From Escherichia phage ph0021, in sequence record OP557970.1: DNA of 64,000 bases; one strand, given 5' to 3'. Positions 40,037 to 50,182 of this stretch are shown piece after piece (position 1 is the stretch's first letter; each line of letters starts with the position of its first letter). Made by a program: the position numbers and the translations under genes. The notes under the pieces were generated by a model. That model was not told the DNA's origin and did no database searches. It was given only the letters and a program-made list of their open reading frames with translations.

Positions 40037-41192
40037 TTAACTGCTCGAGGTCAGTTTCTAAATCAGCAGCTGATTTACTTTTACTTTCTGGAGATTTAAA
40101 TTTTTCAACCTTTGAGTTAATCAATTCATCAACTTCAGCTTCAACAATTTCATTACTATCAATAGCACCTAACTGATAAGCACGTTTAATAGCATCTCGG
40201 AATGGTTGATGCTTAAATAAAGGACCCCAGAATGTAGTGCAGTTGGTATCTTTTGCACGCCAAGATTTTTCTTCGCGAATCATCTCGCCGGTTTCTTCGT
40301 CAAGAAATTCACGAGCATACCAACCATTTTTAGGTTTTACTACAAATCCTAATTCTAGAGCCATATCTAACAATCCAGAATAAGGATCGATACCACCGTC
40401 AAATTTAACATCAATAAAGAATTTACTTTTTTCTTTAACGGTACGAGATTTTTCTACATTTAGAACAAATTGATACCCCTGAAGATCAGAACCATCTTTA
40501 ATCTGACGTTTACCGATAATGAATACGGTATCAGCCGAATACATTACGCCTGTACCACCTGTCATCACGGTTTTACTAAACATTTCAATTGTTTCAATTG
40601 TATGGTTAACCGCAACACATGGAATATTTTTAATGCTAAAATAAGGAGTAACAATACGGAATAATGACTTCAGTGATTTAGCACGAGTCATATCTGCCAC
40701 AGATTTTTCATTCAAGGCATCTTCCGTTTCTTTCTTAGAAGCCATATTACCGATTGAGTCGATGAATACAATAACCTTTTCACCACGCTCAATAGCTTCA
40801 AGCTGATTCACCATATCAATTTTCAGCTGTTCAACTGACTGAATTGGCGTATGAATTACTCGTTCCGGGTCAACTCCCATGGATCGCAAATAAGCTGGAG
40901 TAATACCAAATTCACTATCATAGAATAGACAAACCGCGTCAGGATATTTGTTCAAATATGCCGCAACCATAGTCAAAGACATATTTGATTTAAAGTGTTT
41001 AGAAGGCCCTGCGAAAATAGTTAAACCAGACTGCATACCGCCATCAATCGCGCCAGAAATAGCAATATTAAGCATTGGGATTTTTGTACGGATTACATCC
41101 TTTTCATTAAAGAATTTAGATGTAGTCAGTTCAGCAGTCATTTTAGAAGTGGAAGCTTTAATCAAACGGGATTTTAAATCTGCAATAGACAT
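40011..41192 (-). CDS. uvsX: RecA-like recombinase UvsX
   Basis: 393 aa; MSIADLKSRLIKASTSKMTAELTTSKFFNEKDVIRTKIPMLNIA... matches T4 UvsX. Confidence 0.95.
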   Translation of the reverse strand: MSIADLKSRLIKASTSKMTAELTTSKFFNEKDVIRTKIPMLNIAISGAIDGGMQSGLTIFAGPSKHFKSNMSLTMVAAYLNKYPDAVCLFYDSEFGITPAYLRSMGVDPERVIHTPIQSVEQLKIDMVNQLEAIERGEKVIVFIDSIGNMASKKETEDALNEKSVADMTRAKSLKSLFRIVTPYFSIKNIPCVAVNHTIETIEMFSKTVMTGGTGVMYSADTVFIIGKRQIKDGSDLQGYQFVLNVEKSRTVKEKSKFFIDVKFDGGIDPYSGLLDMALELGFVVKPKNGWYAREFLDEETGEMIREEKSWRAKDTNCTTFWGPLFKHQPFRDAIKRAYQLGAIDSNEIVEAEVDELINSKVEKFKSPESKSKSAADLETDLEQLSDMEEFNE

Positions 41193-41269
41193 TCATTTTT
41201 TCCATAGGCATCATTATATTTTCCTCACTGGTTAAAGATAGAGTAATTATAACACAATAAATTTAGGCA

Positions 41270-42118
41270 TTAATCAACTGCTATCGGATGAATAGCATTA
41301 AACTTATGAAATGCTTCTGATTTTTCTTTACGTGAAACACACATGCGAAGAACCTTTAGTGGTTCATCTTCTTCACCCAACGATTTTCGTTTTTCAATAT
41401 TAGAAGTTTTCCAACGAGCTTGTTCTGGAAACTCTCTATTGATTTGCTCAAGCGCTCTATTATGTTTAGAATTACTACGAATTGAACTGCACCCGCCAGG
41501 AGCTTGTGCTTTTCCAGATACAACCAGATATTTGAACAAGGCCAAATGCGGATAACCTTGATTAATTAAATTGAGAAATGCATACATATCTTCGCATAAA
41601 TCAATTTTTCCATACCCAATTTGTTCTGTCGTAAGTTTTCCGAGGTCATACCATGTATTCGTGAATCCATATGAATTTTCACGATAATTACCCCAAGATG
41701 AAGTAATTTTAAAAATTGGTAAACGAGCATGGCCATGATAATATCCGCAATCCATGGCATCCTCAACATATTGAATCAATTCATAGAACTGTTCACGAGT
41801 TAATTGATTGACTTTATCTACACAACGACGATCATCTCTTTTTCGCATTGAACTCATACGAATAGTAGTATCATCGTCAATCATCCAAATTCGTTGACCT
41901 GCATACATATCAGTAATTGCTTTACGAGTTCCAGAAATTCCATTTACATCATCAGGAATAGTTATAATTTTAGCTTTAGACCCATAGGCATCATAATAAG
42001 CTTTTTCTTCGTGTTCACGTACTACAATATGTGGTTCATAATCAGTCGGAAACATATCAAGGGCAGAAACTGCCCCTACACGTTGATAGCTTGGAATTAC
42101 GAATTGAATCATTTCCAC
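41270..42118 (-). CDS. DNA glucosyltransferase, T2/T6 beta-alpha type (DxD fold)
   Basis: 282 aa at the locus where T4 has 351-aa beta-gt; contains RIWMIDDDTTIR (DxD signature). Confidence 0.6.
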   Translation of the reverse strand: MEMIQFVIPSYQRVGAVSALDMFPTDYEPHIVVREHEEKAYYDAYGSKAKIITIPDDVNGISGTRKAITDMYAGQRIWMIDDDTTIRMSSMRKRDDRRCVDKVNQLTREQFYELIQYVEDAMDCGYYHGHARLPIFKITSSWGNYRENSYGFTNTWYDLGKLTTEQIGYGKIDLCEDMYAFLNLINQGYPHLALFKYLVVSGKAQAPGGCSSIRSNSKHNRALEQINREFPEQARWKTSNIEKRKSLGEEDEPLKVLRMCVSRKEKSEAFHKFNAIHPIAVD

Positions 42119-42849
42119 TCACCTTTATAGTCTTTTTTCACAATATGAGTTTCGCCAGTATTCCACCAATGATCAACCAAGTAAAAATGACGAGAATATA
42201 CATGAAGACTTCCAACATTCCATATAATAGAACCTGCTTTATACTGACGAGTTGAATCGCCGGCATTCAAATCAGATACTAATTTATCTAATACGTATTT
42301 TTGCCATGCATAATCATTACGGAATCCGAAGACCACGTCATTTGAGCGCATGCTTACTACTGCATTGACTTTCTTATCACGAATCAGGTACTGTACTGTA
42401 TTAGTACACATGAAATCTGACATACCATCTTTATTGTAGTCAAATTGCATGGATGGACGAGTATAAATCATGATACCACGTCGAGAATCAGGATTTTGAC
42501 CAAGTTCAGCTAAACACATATCATACTGGGCATAGTTATCTTCTGACCAAATAGCCCAACCATAATTCGAGTTAATTTCGCCTTTAGAAGATGCTACCTG
42601 CTGCCAAATCTTTGGTGTTTCGCCTGGAATATCTTTAACAAACAAGCTCTTAGATTTATACCATTCAAGTTCACGCTGAATGTATTCATCATTAAGAGCG
42701 CCAAAAATAAACGGTTCATCTGCTACAAATGATGCGCCAATAATTTCAATAGTTTTAACACCGGTTTTATCAACTACGAAATCTTTTTCTTTTAATGCAA
42801 GCCCCAAATGAAGACGGATTTCTTCAACTGTCATAGAGTCACTAATCAT
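42109..42849 (-). CDS. 42: dCMP hydroxymethylase gp42
   Basis: 246 aa, same as T4 gp42; thymidylate-synthase-like fold. Confidence 0.9.
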   Translation of the reverse strand: MISDSMTVEEIRLHLGLALKEKDFVVDKTGVKTIEIIGASFVADEPFIFGALNDEYIQRELEWYKSKSLFVKDIPGETPKIWQQVASSKGEINSNYGWAIWSEDNYAQYDMCLAELGQNPDSRRGIMIYTRPSMQFDYNKDGMSDFMCTNTVQYLIRDKKVNAVVSMRSNDVVFGFRNDYAWQKYVLDKLVSDLNAGDSTRQYKAGSIIWNVGSLHVYSRHFYLVDHWWNTGETHIVKKDYKGEWK

Positions 42850-43002
42850 TTAAACCTCAATTGATACATTCATATTTAACTTGTAACAGTAATAAGCTCC
42901 AACCTAAAATAATAGTTGGAATCATAAGAGGAACCGTTACACTATAGTATATACTTATTATAATCATCAAGATTAAAAGCAACACTGCTATAATTTTGCT
43001 TT

Positions 43003-43254
43003 TCATTCCTTCTCTCTGATGATAATTACTTGATTTGGTTGTGCAGACTTTTTAGTTTCACCAGCAATTGACCAAATAAATGTAATAAACCAACCAATAA
43101 TTGACCAGTTAAACAGTAAAGATGTGAAAAAGATTCCTACTGTCGATTTTGACCCACGCATCAAGGCAATAAACCATGGAAGCATGTATATAATAATAGC
43201 CAACACACCTGAAACTAAAACCATAAAAATTGAACCTGCTACTAAAGTTTCCAT
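43003..43254 (-). CDS. imm: immunity protein Imm (superinfection exclusion)
   Basis: 83 aa, two TM segments; matches T4 Imm. Confidence 0.85.
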   Translation of the reverse strand: METLVAGSIFMVLVSGVLAIIIYMLPWFIALMRGSKSTVGIFFTSLLFNWSIIGWFITFIWSIAGETKKSAQPNQVIIIREKE

Positions 43255-43261
43255 GTTTTCC

Positions 43262-43642
43262 TCACTTAGTCAAATTTTTTACACATGAATTATAAGAATT
43301 CACTACATACTCCATCGGAGCATTTTTACCGGTACGCCATTGGTAATTATTAGCCCAATTTGCCCAAAGCTCGGCGCAGTAGTTTTCAATTTTTTCTTCG
43401 CGTGTAATTACATCCGAATTACGATATGCTTGAGCAGATTCATCTGGACGAATAGCTTCGTCAAAATTTGCCTGCATTTGTTCTACTGTTTGCTTTGGAG
43501 CTTCTTTATAACACTTGACATTAGGATTATAAAATTTGCTTGAACAGTTTACAATTTTTCCTACATCAGACTGATTTACTACCGGTCCTTGAGCTACACA
43601 ACCAGTAAGACCTAATGCAATAACCAAAATAGCGATTTTCAT
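43262..43642 (-). CDS. putative lipoprotein (imm-43 interval)
   Basis: Signal peptide with lipobox LTGC (MKIAILVIALGLTGCVAQ). Confidence 0.55.
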   Translation of the reverse strand: MKIAILVIALGLTGCVAQGPVVNQSDVGKIVNCSSKFYNPNVKCYKEAPKQTVEQMQANFDEAIRPDESAQAYRNSDVITREEKIENYCAELWANWANNYQWRTGKNAPMEYVVNSYNSCVKNLTK

Positions 43643-43652
43643 AATAATTTCC

Positions 43653-43901
43653 TCAAATGCAAGTAGTAATTACTCCAGTAGTGCTTATGCAGATATTACC
43701 CATTTGCACACCTAAAGACCCATTTGTATTCACATGAAGATTATCATCAATTTTAACTGATATTTTACCATTAGTGTGAATAACGGTGCTAGATTCAATC
43801 ACAGGTTGGGTATCATTTTCAACACTAACAAATGGAACTGCTGCTAATGCAACTAAACAAACTGCTAAGCATCCCATAACAATTTTCATTTTATTCTCCA
43901 A
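43653..43901 (-). CDS. secreted or membrane small protein
   Basis: 82-aa ORF with an N-terminal hydrophobic signal-like segment; downstream of an early promoter. Confidence 0.5.
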   Translation of the reverse strand: MENKMKIVMGCLAVCLVALAAVPFVSVENDTQPVIESSTVIHTNGKISVKIDDNLHVNTNGSLGVQMGNICISTTGVITTCI

Positions 43902-43926
43902 ATCTGTATCAGTAGTTGATAGTTGT

Positions 43927-43956
43927 ATAGTACCATAGAAGAACAGTCTTGTAAAC
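43927..43956 (-). promoter_or_regulatory. T4-type early promoter
   Basis: GTTTAC, 18 bp spacer, TGG-TACTAT plus the conserved leader. Confidence 0.5.
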
Positions 43957-44036
43957 AGTTTTGTGAAATTTTTTAGGGAATTCTAAAGGTCCAGAATCAT
44001 CTGTTTTTCATAAGTATAGATTTATATTACTTGTAT

Positions 44037-44060
44037 GAAAAAGGGACCCGGAGGTCCCCC
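44037..44060 (-). terminator. rho-independent terminator after gene 43
   Basis: GGGACC-CGGA-GGTCCC stem followed by TTTTT on the minus strand. Confidence 0.65.
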
Positions 44061-44073
44061 TAGATTTATTCTA

Positions 44074-46770
44074 TCAGCCAAACAGGAAGTCTAACGAAGC
44101 TTTTTCTTCATAATCCATACCAGCCGATTCACACATACCCGCAAGCGGTTTAACAAACGATTTTTGGAACAAAGTTGAGTAGTCAATCCAAGACAGTACG
44201 TCAGAACGAATTTCTTTTGGAAGTTCTGTGCCCGACGGCCAAGCAATGCACTTATCACCAAATGGATTTCCTTCACGCAATGGAAGAACCATTACTTTAT
44301 TTCCATCCAAAATTGGAGCTACACCTAAACCGCTAACAGCTCGACGATAAGTTAGCACACCACGAATATGGAACGGACATTTAAATCCTGGCCAACCTTT
44401 ATCATCATATTTCGCTATATCGTTCGCAGTTTTTACTTCAGCAATAACTTTATAGTCAAGTTGACGATATTCTTTCTCAAAGTTCTTATAATACTCTTGA
44501 ACAGACTCTTCGCCTTCTTGAAGAATACGACGAATACTTTCTTCGAGAGCTTCTTGGACCGCTTTAGGCGTTGAACTTTGCTGAGTTTCCATACCCATGA
44601 TTTTTAGATGCGGTTCAGCAAATCGCTTATCTTCCATATCATAAACGTTCAGAGCATAACGCTTTTTCGCTTTCCAAAATCCACCAACGCCCTTTGAACC
44701 AAGTGGAGGGCAAGAAATAGCTTCACGGTCCATATGCATCAGATGCTCGCGGTTATTCATATAATCACATAACTCACGATATGCAACATCAATCATAGGT
44801 TCCATCTTTTTCTTACCAAACTGATTCATGAATTCAACTAAATCGTTCTGCTCTTTGAATCGGTCAAGACCAACTTTTTCAATAACTTTATCTACACAAA
44901 CATATACCGAATCAGTATCACCTGCTGCAATGAAATCTTCTCCATTAGTTCCGCACACTTTATTCAGATACTCATTAATTTTACGAGCAATCCACTGAAT
45001 ACCAACTTGGCCGAAAATTGTGATAGCAGTAGCATTTCGCAAATCATAGTAACGGAAATGAATATTACCAAGAGCACCATAAAGACTGTTAATAAGAATT
45101 TTACGGTTCAGTTGATTTGTGTTAGCAAGTGTAGCTGCTTTTTCACATTCTTCAATCAGACTATTGAGAACGGATTCGGTGTAATTCGATAGTTCATTTA
45201 AGAAATCATCACTGAACTTAACATATCGTTCAACTTCAGGTTTAGTTGAACAAGACCCTGCGCCTTTCATAATAATCTTTTTAATAGCTTCGGCATTCAT
45301 TTCTTCAGCGAACATTTTCTTTTTCCAATCTTTACGCTGGAAAAATACTTTAGCAATTTCCTTTGGAATGATACCTTCTTGATGCTTATCGTACATCCAT
45401 CCATTCGGAGAACAAGAATATTCTTCACTTGGCTTAGGAGCTGTTCCTGCGATATATTCATGAATTGGATGAACTTTAAACTGACCACGAATAGTCTCAG
45501 GACTAATGTTAACCTGACGAATAATGCTCGGATACAGAGACGTCAAGTCAAAACTCATAATATATCGACGAGCAATTGGTTTAGGTTCAAATACAAATGC
45601 ACCCGGAAAACTTTGTTTAACGTGCGAACCTTGTTGAGGAATAACCTTATGTTCACCTTTCAATGAGTTAAAAATAATAGCATCCCAAGTTTTAATAGGA
45701 CTCATTACACCAGAAAAAGGCATTTTAGCGTAATAAGACATACTTAAAACTAGATCGATAAACCCGCGAATTTTATCAATTGCTTGAACTGATTCTACGT
45801 CAATGATGTTATAACTAATGTATCGCTGATGATTAGTCTCACGAAGTTTATTAATAGGACCGTCGTATGGTAATTTACCTTTTTTGGTTTCATGCTGAGC
45901 AACTGATTCCAAAGAGAATGACGGCAAATTAGTAAAAGCGAATTTCTTATACAAATCTAAATAATCAAGAATAGATACGCCATCAATAGAATAAATTTCT
46001 TTGCTACCGTACATATTTTGGATAAGTTTAGATTTTACTCGACCGATTGGAGAGAAGCGTTTCATACTACGTTCACCGAGAACTATTTTAACGCGGTTCA
46101 TGATATACGGAACGTCAAATCCCTCAATATTCCAACCAGTAAAAATAGCAGGTCGTTTCTGTTCCCAGAGATTGATATATTCCATGAGCATATCACGCTC
46201 ATTATCGAATGGCATATAAATTACTCGGTCAAGAATTTCTTGAGGAACTTCATCACCACCTTCACAGTCAAGCTTAGCAGATAACTTTGCATCCCATTTT
46301 GATACTGAACCATACATTGAATTCAAAAGGTCGAAAACATAAAAACGATCATCAATTGAATCGTAATGAGTGATAGCATCAATTTCATATTCAGCTTTCA
46401 TTGGGTCAGGAAATTTATCACCAGTAACCTCAATGTCACAGTTAGCTACACGAACAAATTTTCGGTCATAAACAATTTCTGAACCGTATGTATCACTGAT
46501 ATAAGCAAGTTTAAAATCGTTCATACCGAGAGCTTCGAGACCGATGTCTTCCATTCGTTTCATCCAATCTCGAGCATCTTTCATTGATGGAAATTTTTGA
46601 GGAGCGCAGTTTTTACCATAGATGTCTTTGTACTTTGACTCTTCCTTACAATGCCTAAACATAGTTGGAAGATATTCTACTTCACGAGTACGTTCCTTTC
46701 CGTTTTCATCAATATAACGTTCAACAATGTTATTTCCGACTGTTTCAATAGAGATATAAAATTCTTTCAT
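44074..46770 (-). CDS. 43: DNA polymerase gp43
   Basis: 898 aa, same as T4 gp43; family B polymerase motifs (DTDS, YGG/A, exonuclease FDIE). Confidence 0.97.
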   Translation of the reverse strand: MKEFYISIETVGNNIVERYIDENGKERTREVEYLPTMFRHCKEESKYKDIYGKNCAPQKFPSMKDARDWMKRMEDIGLEALGMNDFKLAYISDTYGSEIVYDRKFVRVANCDIEVTGDKFPDPMKAEYEIDAITHYDSIDDRFYVFDLLNSMYGSVSKWDAKLSAKLDCEGGDEVPQEILDRVIYMPFDNERDMLMEYINLWEQKRPAIFTGWNIEGFDVPYIMNRVKIVLGERSMKRFSPIGRVKSKLIQNMYGSKEIYSIDGVSILDYLDLYKKFAFTNLPSFSLESVAQHETKKGKLPYDGPINKLRETNHQRYISYNIIDVESVQAIDKIRGFIDLVLSMSYYAKMPFSGVMSPIKTWDAIIFNSLKGEHKVIPQQGSHVKQSFPGAFVFEPKPIARRYIMSFDLTSLYPSIIRQVNISPETIRGQFKVHPIHEYIAGTAPKPSEEYSCSPNGWMYDKHQEGIIPKEIAKVFFQRKDWKKKMFAEEMNAEAIKKIIMKGAGSCSTKPEVERYVKFSDDFLNELSNYTESVLNSLIEECEKAATLANTNQLNRKILINSLYGALGNIHFRYYDLRNATAITIFGQVGIQWIARKINEYLNKVCGTNGEDFIAAGDTDSVYVCVDKVIEKVGLDRFKEQNDLVEFMNQFGKKKMEPMIDVAYRELCDYMNNREHLMHMDREAISCPPLGSKGVGGFWKAKKRYALNVYDMEDKRFAEPHLKIMGMETQQSSTPKAVQEALEESIRRILQEGEESVQEYYKNFEKEYRQLDYKVIAEVKTANDIAKYDDKGWPGFKCPFHIRGVLTYRRAVSGLGVAPILDGNKVMVLPLREGNPFGDKCIAWPSGTELPKEIRSDVLSWIDYSTLFQKSFVKPLAGMCESAGMDYEEKASLDFLFG

Positions 46771-46848
46771 AGATATTCCTTAGTTTATAGCCCGAGTTAT
46801 TAGGCTCTTGATATATTATACTCCAATTAAGGGGCCGAAGCCCCTTGC

Positions 46849-47217
46849 TTAATTACCAATCGTATATTTAGGAACGAGTTTCCATTCATGTTTTTGTTTA
46901 AAAGAAATAACTCGGAAGTTATTAGTTAAATCTTTCATAAAAGTTCTTTGACCAGGAACGATTTCAATCAGTCCCCAATCTTCTAACAGCCATGCAATCG
47001 AATCACGACGAACTTCATCTTCTTCTGTCATTTCAACCTGGCGACCATCCATACGAAGCATTTCTTTAAAATGAACGATATAATATAGTCCTTTTTTCTG
47101 AAGAATATGACAGGACTGATACAGAACTTTATCTTTATTATTAGCAATTCCCATACGAGTCAAAGTTTCTTTTACTTTCAGAAAATCTTCAGGTTTTTTA
47201 AGAGTAATTTCAATCAT
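46849..47217 (-). CDS. regA: translational repressor RegA
   Basis: 122 aa, same as T4 RegA. Confidence 0.9.
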   Translation of the reverse strand: MIEITLKKPEDFLKVKETLTRMGIANNKDKVLYQSCHILQKKGLYYIVHFKEMLRMDGRQVEMTEEDEVRRDSIAWLLEDWGLIEIVPGQRTFMKDLTNNFRVISFKQKHEWKLVPKYTIGN

Positions 47218-47218
47218 T

Positions 47219-47782
47219 TTACCATTCCAATGCTAGTTTTTTGAGTTGTTTCTGTTCTTTTACGTTCTTAGTCACTTCTTTCAAAAAATCATCCGTGACT
47301 AATCCTTTAAGTTCTTTTAATACTAAAGGAAGTTTTCCATTTTTAGTAAGAATTGATTTATAGTTAATTGCATCATTTGTATTAACTTGATACCGCTTAG
47401 CAAGTAACTTAATAATCAATACTTCAGTGGAATCTTCAACTAGTTTTGCCCATTTACCATATCTTTTACCACGAGGAACTGCAGCCATTAGATAATTAAA
47501 ATGGGCTTCATCGCTTAAACCTGATCCAATTAAATTCATAGCATATACAGCTGGCATGCACTCTGGAAATTGTGATAATGCATTTTCAACCATGAATTTT
47601 GAATAATCTTTTTGAGCAATAGAGCATTTAGTTTTATTATTAATAGCTCCAATTATTTCAAAAAACTCATTTTCAGCTTTTTCTTTAAAAGAATCAGCAG
47701 CGGATTGGACAGCTGTCCAATCTTTTGAATACCAAGCAACTTGATGCTCGTTTAATTGAATATCATCTTCAAATAAGCTCAT
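47219..47782 (-). CDS. 62: clamp loader small subunit gp62
   Basis: Start set at [22 protein letters not shown] (T4 gp62, 187 aa), trimming the track ORF. Confidence 0.9.
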   Translation of the reverse strand: MSLFEDDIQLNEHQVAWYSKDWTAVQSAADSFKEKAENEFFEIIGAINNKTKCSIAQKDYSKFMVENALSQFPECMPAVYAMNLIGSGLSDEAHFNYLMAAVPRGKRYGKWAKLVEDSTEVLIIKLLAKRYQVNTNDAINYKSILTKNGKLPLVLKELKGLVTDDFLKEVTKNVKEQKQLKKLALEW

Positions 47783-47783
47783 A

Positions 47784-48743
47784 TCACTTCCACTGCATTT
47801 CACATGCTAACTGAATGAAAAGATAAGCTAAATGCAATTCAGTATTAGCTGCAATACCATGATACTGATTATTTTCGCCGACAATTTCGTACATACGAAT
47901 AATACTCTGTGGAGTTACACGTGAATAGATTTCTTCGGCAAGTTTACCCACGAACCACGAATAATCGGCTGCATATTTTGGTGCTAAAGCTCTGAGTTGT
48001 TTAACATCTTTATTTTTGAGAGACTCAAGAACATCATCAATAGCACCACGATCGTTAGTAACCAGTGATAAAATACCAGCATCCAAAACACCTTTAGATG
48101 AATAACTATCGAGCTCGCCAATAGTTTTACGAAAATCAGGAAAATTCTTTTTAACCAAAGCTGCTACAACTTTCATATCAGCTATAGCAATACCTTCATG
48201 TTTACAGATTTCAGTCAATCGACGAATCATCTGCTTCATCATTTCAATTTTATCTTCATCGGTCGGTTGACCGAATGTGATAACTCGACAGCGTGACTGA
48301 AGTGGTTTAATAATACCATCAATATTGTTAGCAGTAATAATAATACTACAGTTTGAACTATAAGCTTCCATAAAGGAACGAAGATGTCGCTGAGACTCTG
48401 CTAATCCTGAACGGTCAAATTCATCAATAACGATTACTTTTTGACGACCATCAAATGAAGCTGCGCTAGCAAAATTAGTCAAAGGACCACGAACGAAATC
48501 AATTTTACAATCTGATCCATTCACAAACATCATATCAGCATTTACATCATGGCACAATGCTTTTGCTACAGTTGTTTTACCTGTTCCTGGAGAAGGAGAA
48601 TGAAGAATAATATGTGGAATCTTACCTTTACTTGTAATAGATTTAAAGGTTTCTTTATCAAAGGCGGGAAGAATACATTCATCGATAGTAGATGGACGAT
48701 ATTTCTGTTCAAGAATGTGTTCTTTTTCATTTACGGTAATCAT
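47784..48743 (-). CDS. 44: clamp loader large subunit gp44
   Basis: Start set at [17 protein letters not shown] (T4 gp44, 319 aa); AAA+ Walker A GTGKTT. Confidence 0.9.
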
Positions 48744-48794
48744 AATTTCCTCATTCAAGTTTTAGTGTAAATTATAAAGGGCCGAAGCCCTCTA

Positions 48795-49484
48795 TTAAAA
48801 ATCGTGGGTAGAATCAGCTTCAAGAGCTACTACATAATTCGCGTGTTCACCTTCAAATTTAGCAGCACCTTGTTTACCTTTTGCCCAGAGCAGAAGTTTA
48901 TAATTTCCTGGTTGCATTTTCATATTTGCCATATTGATAATGAAATTAAATGTATTTTCACCATCATAATCACCAAGAGTCAAAGAATATTTAACACGGG
49001 TCAGAGCAGAATCTTCTACTTTATTAAAACCGTTAATTACGATTTTACCTTCTTTTACCGTGATAGCAATTGTATCAATCTGCAGACCACGAGATACACG
49101 CAACAGCTGTTGAAGGTCTTCAGCTTTAATTTCAGTAACAACAGATGCTACTGGGAATGGAATTGGTTTATTAGGAGCAACTACTGTACTCGGATCGGCT
49201 GCTGGCCAAAAAATTGTTGAACGGGCATCAGCAATTTTAATATTTCCATCTTCTGACTGGGAAATTTCTGCATCATCATCATTAACTAAAGACAGAATAC
49301 CGAGAAAACCATTCAAATCGTAAATTGCTACATCAAAATCAATAGTGTCAGAAATATTTGCTTCCGCATAAGTTGTACCATTAACTGCACGAGTCATAAT
49401 AAATTGACCGGATTTAAGCATAATACCAGAGTTAATAGTAGCGAAATTTTTAAGCAGAGCAGTAGTATCTTTAGACAGTTTCAT
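48795..49484 (-). CDS. 45: sliding clamp gp45
   Basis: 229 aa; MKLSKDTTALLKNFATINSGIMLK matches T4 gp45. Confidence 0.95.
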   Translation of the reverse strand: MKLSKDTTALLKNFATINSGIMLKSGQFIMTRAVNGTTYAEANISDTIDFDVAIYDLNGFLGILSLVNDDDAEISQSEDGNIKIADARSTIFWPAADPSTVVAPNKPIPFPVASVVTEIKAEDLQQLLRVSRGLQIDTIAITVKEGKIVINGFNKVEDSALTRVKYSLTLGDYDGENTFNFIINMANMKMQPGNYKLLLWAKGKQGAAKFEGEHANYVVALEADSTHDF

Positions 49485-49539
49485 GTAATTTCCTTCAATT
49501 CAAATGAGATTTAATTTTATAACTAATTTAATAAAGCAA

Positions 49540-49929
49540 TTAACGATTAAAATCAGCAGCAATTGTTTCCGCAACAATTTGAGCAGCAACAATTAGACGT
49601 TCATCTGCATTACCACAATAATCATCTTCAAGGCGTTCGCCACATGAAGTCATAATAAATTTAGCACCAGCATTTAGAGATTCTGTCGTATGTTTGCGCA
49701 TTAGTTCAATCCATTTATTACTTACTTCACGATCGATAGCTTCATAATATGCATGACGAGCAGGTGCAGATTTAATTTTGTTCTGAATAACTTCCATTGC
49801 GTTATCAGAAAGAGACAAAACCCATGCGCGACGAATTTTATTTTGGTTTTGCGGATTTGAGTCAGAACGCACGTGTTTTGGCTGAATATCTTTTACATCA
49901 ACAGTATAATTCACAGTAATTTTAGTCAT
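49540..49929 (-). CDS. rpbA: RNA polymerase binding protein RpbA
   Basis: 129 aa, same size and position as T4 rpbA. Confidence 0.7.
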   Translation of the reverse strand: MTKITVNYTVDVKDIQPKHVRSDSNPQNQNKIRRAWVLSLSDNAMEVIQNKIKSAPARHAYYEAIDREVSNKWIELMRKHTTESLNAGAKFIMTSCGERLEDDYCGNADERLIVAAQIVAETIAADFNR

Positions 49930-49938
49930 AATACACCT

Positions 49939-50127
49939 TTAGTCATAATAATCAGTAACAGTCCAAGCTTCATTTCTATTGGACATTATTTTTGTATATT
50001 CTGCTTTAAATGCATTCCTAAGCATAGATTCAGTAACTATATGCTCTTCATTAGAAAAATTATTTCTCAGAATATATCGTTTTATTTCAGGAATAGTTAA
50101 TAGATGCTGTCCAGTTGAATATTCCAT
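49939..50127 (-). CDS. hypothetical protein (45.2 position)
   Basis: 62-aa ORF. Confidence 0.5.
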   Translation of the reverse strand: MEYSTGQHLLTIPEIKRYILRNNFSNEEHIVTESMLRNAFKAEYTKIMSNRNEAWTVTDYYD

Positions 50128-50182
50128 GTTTTTCCTCCATAGAGATTATACTCTAATAAATTAAAGCATAATCTCTTATAAA

